Below, piece by piece: positions 1 to 12,186 of a stretch of 64,000 nucleotides of DNA (the first letter of the stretch is position 1; every line of letters starts with the position of its first letter). The stretch spans positions 32,736,001 through 32,800,000 of the forward strand of contig OZ024747.1 of the NCBI GenBank assembly GCA_964016885.1, given 5' to 3'. This DNA is from Eledone cirrhosa (taxonomy: Eukaryota). The notes under the pieces were generated by a model. That model ran no database searches. It was not told where the DNA came from and saw only the letters and a list, made by a program, of their open reading frames with translations. The translations under genes were made by a program, and so were the position numbers.

Positions 1-645
1 TGGTTCATAGAGACGTTCTCTGGCAATGAACGAAAAAAACGAAGATAATACGTCATATGTGGAGCATTGAGAACAATAGCACGCAAAGACAAAACCACGT
101 AAATGGTATACCAGAAGTTGTAGACTAAAATTCTAACTTGGAGACCGAATGAATCTCCGCTTCAGAGTTAAGAACAAAGTAGCAATAGAAATAAATACAC
201 GCTCCACATATGATGTATTATCTTCGTTTTTTTCGTTCATTGCCAGAGAACGTCTCTATGAACCACCTAAGAGAACATTAGTCTACGACCTCTTTTATAC
301 CATAAACGTTGTTCTGTCTTTGCGCGTAATTGTTTTTCACCGCTCCTATTAATGACGTATTATATTCGTTTTTTCCCGTTCTTTGCCAGCGAACGTTTCG
401 ACGAACCAAAGTATCGTCTTCCTGTCTTCCTCCGGTTGTAACGTTTTTTTGAAATATCCACTTCTGCGTTTACAGATTGACTTTGTTAGTTTCAGAAGAT
501 CCCGTTAAGAGTGAAAGCAGCGATTCTTTGCTTAAACTTTAATCTGTTATTTTAATAAATATTTGCTCTACGGTTCTTATATATTTGATATATATTTATC
601 CTTATCGAGCCCTCTTTGGATTTTAGTCTTCAAATGTATTATTAT

Positions 646-650
<5 letters not shown>
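1..650 (+). mobile_element. Penelope-like element 3' tail remnant (family A) with internal inverted repeat (1-65 vs 201-265), ending in (TA)n
   Basis: 201-560 is the reverse complement of 9830-10185. The 560-650 tail recurs at 51481, 53097 and in part at 11100. The same family carries a GIY-YIG fragment at 10797-11090. Confidence 0.7.
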
Positions 651-727
<77 letters not shown>

Positions 728-780
728 TTTATCTATTGCAAGCAGGGATAAGCGGACGTAAAATGATGATGATGATGATG

Positions 781-837
<57 letters not shown>

Positions 838-886
838 CAGACGTAAAATAAGAAAATTATAAAATTAACTTACTTACTAAAAAATC

Positions 887-969
887 ACTTCCAACTAATT
901 AGTTTCTCGAATGGAGTAAATATATTTTCCGAAGAAACACATAGAAAATCATTCCGTCATCAGGAAAGT
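887..969 (-). ncRNA. Type-I hammerhead ribozyme motif (family B, inverted copy)
   Basis: Reverse complement of 1032-1114. Confidence 0.7.
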
Positions 970-1031
970 CTTTTTCCGTATAGGTTTCCAGGCATAGCGA
1001 GGACACTGCCTGGAGACCTATACGGAAAAAG

Positions 1032-1114
1032 ACTTTCCTGATGACGGAATGATTTTCTATGTGTTTCTTCGGAAAATATATTTACTCCATTCGAGAAACT
1101 AATTAGTTGGAAGT
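1032..1114 (+). ncRNA. Type-I hammerhead ribozyme motif (family B)
   Basis: actttc-CTGATGA-cggaatg...cattcga-GAAA-ctaattag-tt-ggaagt. Stem I actttc/ggaagt, palindromic stem III, GUU triplet. Confidence 0.75.
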
Positions 1115-1556
1115 GATTTTTTAGTAAGTAAGTTAATTTTATAATTTTCTTATTTTACGTCTCTCATATTATTGTTCTGCAACCCCATGCATTGAACCAC
1201 ATTGTTAATAAGACAAAACCTATATATTTGCTAGCATTGATGTGCATCTGTGTGTATATAAATGTTACTAGATATAAATTCCTTATAATTATCTCCAATT
1301 CATTTGTCGAGCAATATTTGGCCATGACTGCTACTATGGTAGTAAGCTGGCCGCTGTCTTAATAACCACTCGCTTTCCACTGATTGACCTCGATGTCACG
1401 TGATTGATTCTTTTTGAATTTGCCACAGACGAGGAGGCAGTGATTTTCTCAATGGCTTGGAATCCAGTCCACGCTTTGCTATTTCCATTCCACTGAATTA
1501 TTTTTTTAATAAGTTTCCAGTGTCCTCGCTATGCCTGGAGACCTATACGGAAAAAG

Positions 1557-1638
1557 ACTTTCCTGATGACGGAATGATTTCCATGTTTTTCTTCGGAAAA
1601 TATATTTACTCCATTCCAGAAACTAATTAGTTGGAAGT
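1557..1638 (+). ncRNA. Type-I hammerhead ribozyme motif (family B, second unit)
   Basis: Same layout as 1032-1114, with stem II ggaatg/cattcc. It lies 525 nt downstream of the first. Confidence 0.75.
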
Positions 1639-1804
1639 GATTTTTTAGTAAGTAAGTTAATTTTATGATTTTCTTATTTTACGTCTCTCATATTATTGTT
1701 CTGCAACCCCATGCATTGAACCACATTGTTAATAAGACAAAACCTATATATTTGCTAGCATTGATGTGCATCTGTGTGTATATAAATGTTACTAGATATA
1801 AATT

Positions 1805-1842
<38 letters not shown>

Positions 1843-1941
1843 GAAGTATTTCCGTCGGAAAGGTACAGGAAAAAAGAGTGATCTATGTAGGCTACAGAGC
1901 TTATTAGTTATCCGTCAGTTCTCCCCCTTGCTTCTGCTGGA

Positions 1942-1959
1942 CACCACCAGAGGGCGTTA
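1942..1959 (+). promoter_or_regulatory. CTCF-like motif CACCACCAGAGGGCGTTA
   Basis: Close match to the CTCF core CCASYAGRKGGC, inside a short insert between TA tracts. Confidence 0.3.
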
Positions 1960-2096
1960 GCCCCGGTGTTTGCATAACTACGGCTTCCTAAACCCGTATC
2001 TCTTTACAAATACCAAATTTCTATACATATTGTATGAAGCTATACTTGAAGCGAAATCTTATTTATTCTCTTATATATATATATATATATATATAT

Positions 2097-2298
2097 TGTT
2101 ATACTTTGGGAGGGTCATGCCGCCAATAAGAAACACACGCACCAGTTGCTTTCACTTCAATTTAATTTATTAAATATTTATAAATTTACAAATTTATAAA
2201 TTTCTGGTTGGTTGGTTGGTTCCACAACCAAAGTATAACAATATCGGTTTCAACACACGATTTCAGATAAAGAATCTTGCTAAACAAATTCAGAAACG

Positions 2299-2300
<2 letters not shown>
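2097..2300. mobile_element. Mini inverted remnant of the Nematis/Neptune-like PLE tail (family C) in (TA)n
   Basis: 2097-2230 matches 37099-37230. 2230-2300 matches 38385-38458. Confidence 0.7.
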
Positions 2301-2343
<43 letters not shown>

Positions 2344-2731
2344 TGTGTGTGTGTGTGTGTGTGTGTGGATGTATGTGTGTGTGGTTGTATGTGTGTATAG
2401 GTATGAGTGTGTATGTGGTTGATGCTTTATATACTTATGTAAGAATGTACGTATAGATGCGCACGTGTATTTCTATGTGTGTGTACATAGCCTCACTTTC
2501 ATTTTTAATAGATATTTCAAATCATATATCCAAAACATATTTCAGTCGATGAACGAACTGTTTGTTTCTGTAAGGATCGTCTAATCGCCTGAAACCTCCG
2601 GTAATGGAATAATTATATTGTGTTGTTTATTATGCAATTAAATGTAAACGTATATCATTATAATCATCATGGTTTGTACATACCCTTTTCTATGCTTGCT
2701 GGGATATATGTATACATATTTATCTGTGTGC

Positions 2732-2849
<118 letters not shown>

Positions 2850-3689
2850 CGTGAGAATTAAATATCAAATTCTTTTCTTGAACATTTTTTGAAAAGCTCT
2901 TGTATAACATTTGATATTAATTATGTTTCCTGATCTTTCCTTTTAATTAGCTGATACTTCCCAATTCAACCAATCTAAAATCTCTGACTTCAACTTACAA
3001 TTATTTCATGCTCACTCTCTTTTATTTTCTTTCTCCTATTCTCTCTCTCTTTCTCTGTCATTTTCAATTACCAGTTTCCTTAGTATCTTTATTTGTGTGT
3101 CAGCAAATAAAAACATATTACCAATCATTATAAGTGGTTTAATTAATTAACTATTTACTATTCCAATACTCTATGTTCAAGACACACAAATATAACAAAT
3201 ATATAAGAAATATCAGATGTCACATGTCTAAACAACATTATAAAATCTCGCGTCATTAATGATAATTTGGAAGATAAAATAACGAAAATAAAATAAAATA
3301 ACGTTCATACTTTTTCACTTATATGAAAAATGAAGCAGTATTAATTAAACTACTCATATTTCTTTCCTTTCTTGAGTCCTTTAACTTTTGATGGAGTCGT
3401 AGGAGCATCTTCTTGACATACAGCATTTCTGGGTAATTTTTAAACCTGGCGGAGCCATCCCTTTCCAGGGCTGAATACGATAAATTTATTCCAGAGAAGG
3501 AGAGAGGAGGCGAGAAAGAGATATACAGGACAAATCAATTCCAATATTAGACTGGTACTCTGCCAGATGCCCTTACGATTCCATTAGGAGATAAGGACCT
3601 ATGCTACCTATCAGTTGTTATCATCTAGTCTTTTTAGGGGTGATTAGGGCTATATTATCTCATGTGCCCTTTCAGTATCAGTTGTGCAT

Positions 3690-3797
3690 TGGACAACGTG
3701 CTTTGTGGTATATAGTTATGGCTGTTTATGTTCTGAGTTCAAATCCCGCCGAAGTTAGCTTTTCCTTTCATCCTTAAGAAGTTGATAAAATAAAGTT
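3690..3797 (+). mobile_element. tRNA-derived SINE, partial
   Basis: B-box gagttcaaatccc followed by the cctttcatcct...gataaaataaag tail shared with the other copies. Confidence 0.7.
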
Positions 3798-4002
3798 TAT
3801 TAATCAATATTTGGCTGGTGCTTATAGATACCCGTCAGCGTGTAGAAAATCTTAACCACTCTATCTGTATCTCTCTCAGCACACACACTCTCTCTTTCTG
3901 TATATATGGTAGTTGAAGTGGTGGCGGCGATATATCGGAAGTATAGAAATTTGAAACTTTGAAAAGAAGACAATTTTAAATAAGCAATAACATTATTTAT
4001 AT

Positions 4003-4099
4003 TAAATTTAATTTAGTACATAAATTATGTAATATTCATTCATTATTTATTCAAAGTAATGAATGAATATTACATAATTTATGTACTAAATTAAATTTA
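4003..4099. repeat. Perfect AT-rich hairpin, 43-bp arms, 11-nt loop
   Basis: 4003-4045 is the reverse complement of 4057-4099. Confidence 0.85.
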
Positions 4100-4285
4100 G
4101 GTCGGTGGTTTGGCTGTATCGGTAGAGCATCAGACACCATGCTTTGCAGCATAGTTATGGCCCCTTTGCGTTCTGAGTTCAAATCCACCGAGGTTAACTC
4201 TGCCTTTCATCCTTACGAGGTCGATAAAATAAAGTACCAGTGGTGCACTGGGGTAATCGTTGGCCTTGTACCAAAAGTAGAAACT
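4100..4285 (+). mobile_element. tRNA-derived SINE (octopus-type)
   Basis: A-box-like tggctgtatcgg, B-box gagttcaaatcc, conserved 3' gcctttcatccttacg..gtcgataaaataaagtaccagt. Confidence 0.85.
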
Positions 4286-4343
4286 AGGGATGGTAGATTG
4301 GCAGTATCGATAGAGGTCCCGTACTCCTTACTTTATTATAGTT

Positions 4344-4380
<37 letters not shown>

Positions 4381-4391
4381 ATATATATATA

Positions 4392-4880
4392 TGGGATAAC
4401 AAGTTATCATTTTAGGTAATCCAGTTAGAGGTTGTGAGTACTCTGCACTATGGATAGTTTTATCGTACGGCGTTGTTTGACTCAATAAGAGGTTTCTTTA
4501 GTTAGATAGCGAGTTTGCGAGAATTCTCTTGTAGGTTATTTTTGGAGTAATAATAGTGAAAGAGTGGAGAATAACGTGGTCGGCTGTACACAAAGGGTTT
4601 TATTTCAAGTATTAACAATTGTTTCATTGATCAGGTGAGTCTAAAGGCCGCTAATCACTCAAAATTGCCTCACTCGACCTTAAATACAGTGTATGTCACT
4701 GATCAAATACAGTATTCTGATGATTTGATCACAGGCACACACTGTATTTAAGGTCGAGTGACGCAATTTTGAGTGATTAGCGGCCTTTACACTCACCTGA
4801 TCATTGAAACAATTGTTAATACAGTAAATAAAACTCTTTTTGTACAGCCGACCATGTTATTCTTCACTCTTTCACTACTA
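4392..4880. mobile_element. Inverted-repeat element in (TA)n with a hammerhead (arms about 4552-4692 and 4739-4878)
   Basis: The arms are diverged reverse complements and TA tracts flank both ends. Confidence 0.75.
4712..4822 (+). ncRNA. Type-I hammerhead motif with about 80-nt stem II region
   Basis: gtatt-CTGATGA-tttgatca...tgatcatt-GAAA-caattg-tt-aatac. Confidence 0.7.
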
Positions 4881-4958
<78 letters not shown>

Positions 4959-4963
<5 letters not shown>

Positions 4964-7125
4964 ATACTTGGGGAGGGTCATATTTGTGTAATAATATTGC
5001 CAGAATTAATAACAGAACACACTCACTGTTTGGTTGGTTTTCGCTTCTGTGTCTTTTATATCGGTTAATTTAATTTATTCGGTTCTCAATGTTACCATTG
5101 ACTGACCAACGGTAAAAAATACAGATACAATATAGACACAAACACATATATATAGTCTAACAAAGTTCTTTCGTTGCACATCTGCAACATCGTCAGTGTT
5201 GCTATTATGTTTCCTCCTGTTGCATTGTATGCTTACGCCATCTTTATTAAGTCTGTTTATTTATTTATTTATTTGTTTATTTTTTTGTCTTCTCTGCGCA
5301 TGCGTTTGCGTGTGTGTATAGTGTTTTGTTTGATGTGTGTTCTTGTTTGGGTGACTGTGTATTGGTTAATGTATTCTATCTTAGTTTACTAGCGTGTGTT
5401 TATATGTGTTTGTTGTTATTGTGCTTGTGTATGTATTTATTTATTTATTTATTTATACTTCTCTTAGGTCAGTGTTGTTTGTTTGGGTGTTGTTGTTATT
5501 CCATTCATTTTTTCTGTTTAGCCTTGGCCTTCTAAGTTTTATTCGGCTGGCCTCTCTGATTTGCCTATCTGCTGGGTCATTTCTATGTTTAGATATTATT
5601 CTAACTTCTATGTTGTCTATGTTACCGTTGTGTTGTTGTCTAGCATGTTCGTATAGTACTGAACTGTTTTTCGTCCTTTTAGTTCCCCCCAGTGTTGGTC
5701 TATCCTTTCACCTATGCTACGAGCTGTCTCGCCTATGTATGTTGTTGTCATGTTTCTGCAAGTACCCTCTGTACATCTTATGCTATAGACTACGTTTCTA
5801 GTTTTACAGTTTATCCGGGGGTTTACTCTACATATGATACATTTCCTATTAGTATAGTGGGTTTTCTTAAAAGGGTAGGTTTTGCTGATCAGGGATTTTA
5901 TGGTGGTTCCTGGCTTTTCTACCACCTTAATGTTTAAGTGGGTCTTTCTCAGGACCTTTCTACACTGGTTAGCTAATTTCTGTCCAGGGGTAGCGTCCAC
6001 AAACATGACACTCTGGTATCTCTTGTTGTCGTACCATGAGGTGGCTTTCCCTATCTTATGTCTAGTCCTATCTAAGCTATTCCATGATTTGCTCCTGTAT
6101 AATGGGCAAATTTCTTTCATGTCTAGTTTTATGAGGGTCTTATACTTCTCCGTGGGTCCTACGTATACTCTGATTCTGTCTCTTTGGTTGTAGCCAGAGA
6201 GCTGCATGCGGTTGATGAAGTGTTGGATGTGTCTTTCCATTTCTGTTGGGTCACACATGCGGTACACGTTCTTCATCACTCGTACCAAGTCTCCGATCAG
6301 AATATTAAACTTAGCACTACTGGACATTGCTGAGTTTTTGAGTATCAGGTATTTGGAGGCCATGGGTTTAGCATAGTGTGAGTGGAGAATTTGGGCTCTC
6401 TCGTCTATAGCGTTAATCCAGAGTTCCGTGTCTAATACAGGTAGTCTACTGTTAGGGTGTTTGGAAGGGTAGTCGATAGTTACAGTTATACTCTGGTGTA
6501 TGGAATTAGCTATCTTCTGGTTGCTTTCCATTGTGCCACGTTCTAAATCAAACTTGTTAGTGCTCTCTTGTGGGGATGTCTTTATTACTATATTGATGTC
6601 GTCTACGTAACGAGAGTACGTGATGAGGTCTATGGAGCTCTCATCAAGGAGATCTTTGAGTCTCCTTTCCCACCATACCATAAACAGGTTGGCAACGTCA
6701 CCAGCTATGCTGACGCCAATGGCTGTTCCCCCATTTTGGGTGTAGATCTTCTCGTTGAACTTGAATATGTGACCCTTTAGGGTAGTTTTGATACTAGCCC
6801 CTATTGCATGTGCGACCATTTTTCTTATCTGATCATTGATTTTGGGGGTCCGTATAGCTTTGGTCCACCCAATCCACCTTCCCATGGGAGTCTTTTTAGC
6901 CATTGAGGTTATGGTGGGGGTCTACCTCTTATGGGTCTACTGGGGAAGAAACGTCTAAGGTCATGGCTGTCTAGGTAGTCAGTGTCGAAGGTAAGTCTAA
7001 GTAGGAGGCCCAGTTCGTCTGTGTCGATGTCGCAGAACTCCACCTCACTCTCAATGATCATCTCCACACATTTTTCCACAGAAAAATCAATGTTAATGGA
7101 TGGGTATAGTGATACCACATCCATG
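4959..7125 (-). mobile_element. Penelope-like retroelement (Nematis/Neptune-like), 5'-truncated and frameshifted; RT plus GIY-YIG endonuclease
   Basis: SMDVVSLYPSI (RT motif A), GTAIG, YSRYVDDI, LPVLD, then CIIC..NCKTRNVVYSIRC..YIGETARSIGERIDQH. The 3' tail ends in (TA)n. Confidence 0.9.
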
Positions 7126-7179
7126 CTGCTATTATGCAGTTGGATAGGTTCCTGTTTTTGTTGCACGCACTGATTCTGC

Positions 7180-7650
7180 GGAGGAGGTCTCGCAAATAAG
7201 GTGTGGGAATTCAAGGATAAAAACATCCCTTTCTCTATCAATTGGTCTATTTTAGACCATTCGAGAGAGTACCAAAGGGGCACAAAGAATTGTTCTTTGT
7301 GTACCACTGAAAAATTTAGGATTTTACAAAACTTGAAAGCCACTTCAACTTGCCTGAACCCCAAGACCGAGATCTTCAGATGTTATCCTCACCTGAAATC
7401 ACATCTGATCTGTAACTGGATTGACATTCCAACGATGACTCAACCACCTTGAACTTCTTCTCTGCTCTCTACGCCTTACATCCACTACGATTTTTTTACC
7501 TTCTGAACTCACTTTCTGTACGCTTATATTCTTTTTCTCCCTTATCTCCCCTTATATTTAAACCTTTTCCTATGTCATTTATTTTCCTTATTCCCACCAA
7601 CTTTCTACCTTACCCTTTACATACCCACCTTTTTTATTTCTAGATATTTA
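7180..7650 (+). mobile_element. Naiad-type PLE endonuclease C-terminal fragment plus 3' UTR
   Basis: WEFKDKNIPFSINWSIL..CSLCTTEK..LNPKTEIFRCYPH. Homologous to 40090-40350. Confidence 0.75.
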
Positions 7651-7675
7651 TATCTGTGTGTGTGTATTGCGTATA

Positions 7676-7720
<45 letters not shown>

Positions 7721-7812
7721 TATATATGTATGTATGTGTATATATAATTATATATATCTGTATGTATATGTATGTGTGTATATAATTGTATTTTATATGC
7801 TTCTGTTGTATT

Positions 7813-7856
<44 letters not shown>

Positions 7857-7858
<2 letters not shown>

Positions 7859-9139
7859 ATGAAATATAACAATCAAAGAACTGTTCAAAACATTATTGTG
7901 CTTACAGCTGTTTCCTCCAAACCGAGGTTTGGATTCTTCGGAGCAATTTATTAATGCATGGACAGTTATATGACCTCCTTTTCAGCCGAGAGACATACCA
8001 ATACATATTCAAACATTGATACATATTCAAACATTGTGGGTCAACATTCATTACAGAATTTAGAGTGGCAGTACACACTTCGAGATTACATTTATATTAA
8101 TAGGTACAATCAAAAATCAAAGATATAGGTTAAAGTACAACATGAAGATAAGTGGTTATATAGTGCAAATGTTATATGTGTGGCACGCATGTGCGTCTTG
8201 TTTATATAGTGGCTAGATATGGAAACCCCAGAGTTACCTCCCCGCATGCATTAACTCCCCTTAGCCACACACACTCTTCCGGTATTCAATGGCGTTTCTC
8301 GAAACGTAACAACCTCCTGTATCGAACTAAAGAACACCAGACTACGATCTCTAACTGGATTGTCGTGGATTATGTGAAAGGCATATAATCGAAATATACA
8401 CTCCCTTGACCATGAAAATGCCGAAGTACATGAATTACTTGACATCCCTGCGCTGTGCATCTCCAATACTTATAACACTTTTAATGCTTGCACTATCTTT
8501 AATGCTTATAACATTTCTCCACACACAGACTACATCAATCATATAAAGACTTTGCCACCAGATCTACCAACCTAACACTCTTATTTACCTACCTAAGTGC
8601 CTCTACCACACATATCTCTCTGCCACACTATATAAACAAGACGCACATGCGTGCCACACATATAACATTTGCACTATATAACCACTTATCTTCATGTTGT
8701 ACTTTAACCTATATCTTTGATTTTTGATTGTACCTATTAATATAAATGTAATCTCGAAGTGTGTACTGCCACTCTAAATTCTGTAATGAATGTTGACCCA
8801 CAATGTTTGAATATGTATCAATGTTTGAATATGTATTGGTATGTCTCTCGGCTGAAAAGGAGGTCATATAACTGTCCATGCATTAATAAATTGCTCCGAA
8901 GAATCCAAACCTCGGTTTGGAGGAAACAGCTGTAAGCACAATAATGTTTTGAACAGTTCTTTGATTCTTATATTTCATATAACTGCTCTGTAAATCATCT
9001 GATGTTTTTACATTGAGCTACTTAACTTACTGGTAATAAGGTAGTAATACATTACTGCCTACCACTATTTAGGGTGTGTGTAAAATACTTACAACTGCTT
9101 AAGGTTTTGTGTTTACATAACCATAAATAGTATAACTAA

Positions 9140-9145
<6 letters not shown>
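7857..9145. mobile_element. Non-coding inverted-repeat element (family D): near-identical arms of about 355 bp (7857-8210, 8626-8980), tail to 9145, in (TA)n
   Basis: The arms are reverse complements. The tail recurs reverse-complemented at 54777-54910 and 53049-53085. Confidence 0.85.
8892..8938 (+). ncRNA. Hammerhead-like motif with variant core CCGAAGA (mirror copy 7899-7945 on the minus strand)
   Basis: tgct-CCGAAGA-atccaaacc-tc-ggtttggag-GAAA-cagctg-ta-agca. Confidence 0.6.
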
Positions 9146-9207
<62 letters not shown>

Positions 9208-9428
9208 ATATTTGTGTGTGTGTATTTTTATTAAGGTGGTGACGTAACTTTTTGTAGATATATGTGGGTGTGTGTATATGTGTAATTTTATATAATTGTT
9301 TGTGTGTATATATATAATAGCCTTAGAAACGGCTTGAGCTCTGCCGTCGTGGTCATACTTTTTCCTATATGTATATATATATATGTATATGTATGTATAT
9401 GTATGTATATATGTGTGTATATGTATGG

Positions 9429-9468
<40 letters not shown>

Positions 9469-9474
9469 GTGTGC

Positions 9475-9505
<31 letters not shown>

Positions 9506-9766
9506 TATATTGTATATGTATATATGAATGTGTATGTATATGCATAATTACATACAGTGTTCTAAGGCTTATTTTCATTGATCATTTGCTCCAGGAACTT
9601 GTTGAGTGCTCTAAATTAGCTATAAACATTTATACCCTTTTCTAATTATTTATTTATTTATTATTTGTCTTATTCCCAACTATTTCTTTACCCCTTTCAT
9701 ATTTTTATTTTTATATATATATATATAATATTTATGTATTTTCTTATATATATATATGTGTGTGTG

Positions 9767-9829
<63 letters not shown>

Positions 9830-9833
<4 letters not shown>

Positions 9834-11141
9834 TAAAATAACAGATTAAAGTTTAAGCAAAGAATCGCTGCTTTCACCCTTAACGGGATCTTCTGAAACT
9901 AACAAAGTCAATCTGTAAACGCAGAACTGGATATTTAAAAAAACGTTGCAACCGGAGGAAGACAGGAAGACGATACTTTGGTTCGTGATAACGTTCGCTG
10001 GCAAAGAACGGGAAAAAACGATTAATACGTCATTAATAGGATCGGTGAAAACCAATTACGCGCAAAGACAGACCCACGTTTATGGTATAAAAGAGGTCGT
10101 AGACTAATGTTCTCTTAGGTGGTGCATAGAGACGTTCTCTGGCAATGAACGAAAAAACGAAGATAATAAGTCAAATGTGGAGCGTAGAGAACAATAGCAC
10201 GCAAAGACAAAATCACGTAAATGGTAAGCAGAGGAGACCAAATGAATCTCCGCTACAGAGTTAAGAACAAAGTAAATAAATACAATACAGAAGTAATAGA
10301 AACAAATAAATACATACACGCAAACAGATACGTACATACACAAGCATACGCAAAACCTTACCATAGGTATACAAAACCACGCACATATAAATATGTGTGT
10401 GTGTCTATGCTTGTGTAAAAATAAATAAATAATTATATAAACGTATATAAGTAAATAAATACGTATATAACAAGCGCACACACATACCTACATATAAATA
10501 CACGAATGTTCGGAGACGTAAGTCAACTAAAACAAGAAGTACACACACACCCACCATACGTACGAACCTGCATACTCACGCAGACGCAAAATTCCCGTAT
10601 ACACATAGCCAAACCCTAAATACCAGAATATGTAAAAATGATACGCCATAACAGTCAAATATACGTACGAGAAGGTATACATACCTTCACAAAACATACG
10701 GCTAATATATACTTACCTATGCAAATAAGTAAAGGAATAAACAAACATATACTTAGCTCCCACATTAAGACGTAGAATATCCACGTATAGATCGTGCTAT
10801 CCGTTAGGGTATAACGTGGGGCTGTAATACAGGAAAGTTTTGTGCAATTTATGTTTACAAGCCGAAATTGCCTCAGATTTTTTGTTTAAGATGTGGTTTG
10901 TGGCGTAGAGTATTTCCAGGGCCTCAGCGCCGCAGAGGTCACATGGTCTTTTATTTCCGTTATACGATCTAGCCCTAGCTAGGATCTCCCAGTGTAACTT
11001 ATATTGGGTGTGGTTGTCTTTTAGACTCCAGATATAAGCTGAAAGTGACGTCATATTCCTTCTAAGAGGGTAACGAAAAGAATGGGTATGCAGGTAAATA
11101 TCGAGCCCTCTTTGGATTTTAGTCTTCAATTTTATTATTAT

Positions 11142-11146
<5 letters not shown>
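9830..11146 (-). mobile_element. Naiad-type PLE remnant (family A): endonuclease C-terminus, long 3' tail and a short inverted tail at 11100-11146
   Basis: LSAYIWSLKD..LHWEIL..CDLCGAEALEI..LNKKSEAISACKH. Both ends abut (TA)n. Confidence 0.8.
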
Positions 11147-11207
<61 letters not shown>

Positions 11208-11726
11208 ATATATATATATTTAAGAGTCAAACAAGGTTCAATGAATACATCTAAGAATGAGTTTTACACACATACATGTGTGTGTATGTATTTATATGTA
11301 TGTGTGTGTGTATATGTATGTATATATGTGTGTATATATATAAATATATATATCTGTGTGTGTATGTATGTGTATGTGATGTGTATATGTATATGTATGT
11401 GTGTGTGTGTATGTATTTATTTTTATGTACATATATATGTGTATGTGCAATTGTGTGTATTGCTTACCACGTGTGTTTTTTCATTTATTTGTTGCCTGTA
11501 CCGCTGTCAACTTTATAATAATTTTTACATTTATTTTTATTCTTATGTGACGGTATTTTTATTATTATATTTTTCTCATAATTAATTGTGTGTGTGCGTA
11601 TGTAGGTGTGTGTACATATATCTATATTTGTGTATGCGTATGTATGCGTGTATATATGTGTGTATGTGTGTGTATGTACGTGTGTATATATGTATGATTA
11701 TGTGTATGTATATATATATATATATA

Positions 11727-11764
<38 letters not shown>

Positions 11765-12186
11765 AAGACAGGGGGGAAGAAAAAATGGCTTCACTTGTGC
11801 TTTCAACAAATTTATTTTCTTCACAAAATCCAAAAATAATTTTTATCCGGATTAGAAAAAAAATGTTTTCTTAAAAAAAATTATTTTATAAATTAAGTTA
11901 GGTTTTAGGAGTTCTTGGTTAACGTAGGAGGTATTGTTTCGTTTTTAGAACGACCTTTCACGCTGAGGTGCGCTTGTCAAACTGATGTGTATGTGGTGTG
12001 TTGTTCTATATATATAGGGATTTAACATGTCTGTGGTGTGGTGGGTTTTTTTTTTCCTCCTCCTTTTAATAAGTGTATGGGTGTAGGTGTGTTGAAAAAG
12101 TGTTAATAGCAGTAATGAGTTGAGACGGTGAGTAGGGTTGCGTGGGGAGAAGTGTAGCAAGTGCGGCCTGCCCCGGTCATTCTCGA

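Larger units (their letters stand above)
836..1810 (+). mobile_element. Non-coding hammerhead-bearing element (family B): inverted arm 836-1006, then partial tandem with 525-nt period, flanked by (TA)n
   Basis: tggagaccta occurs at 1011 and 1536. 836-1006 is the reverse complement of the repeat. TA tracts lie on both sides. Confidence 0.8.

Noticed and set aside
488-530. CAGAAGA-tccc..-GAAA-gcagc in family A (also near 9870 on the minus strand and at 51415)
   Set aside because: Possibly a decayed hammerhead, but the core and cleavage triplet are mutated in the copies seen, so it is not reported as a ribozyme.
4100-4200. tRNA-like A and B boxes
   Set aside because: These are heads of a multi-copy SINE with no cloverleaf, not tRNA genes.
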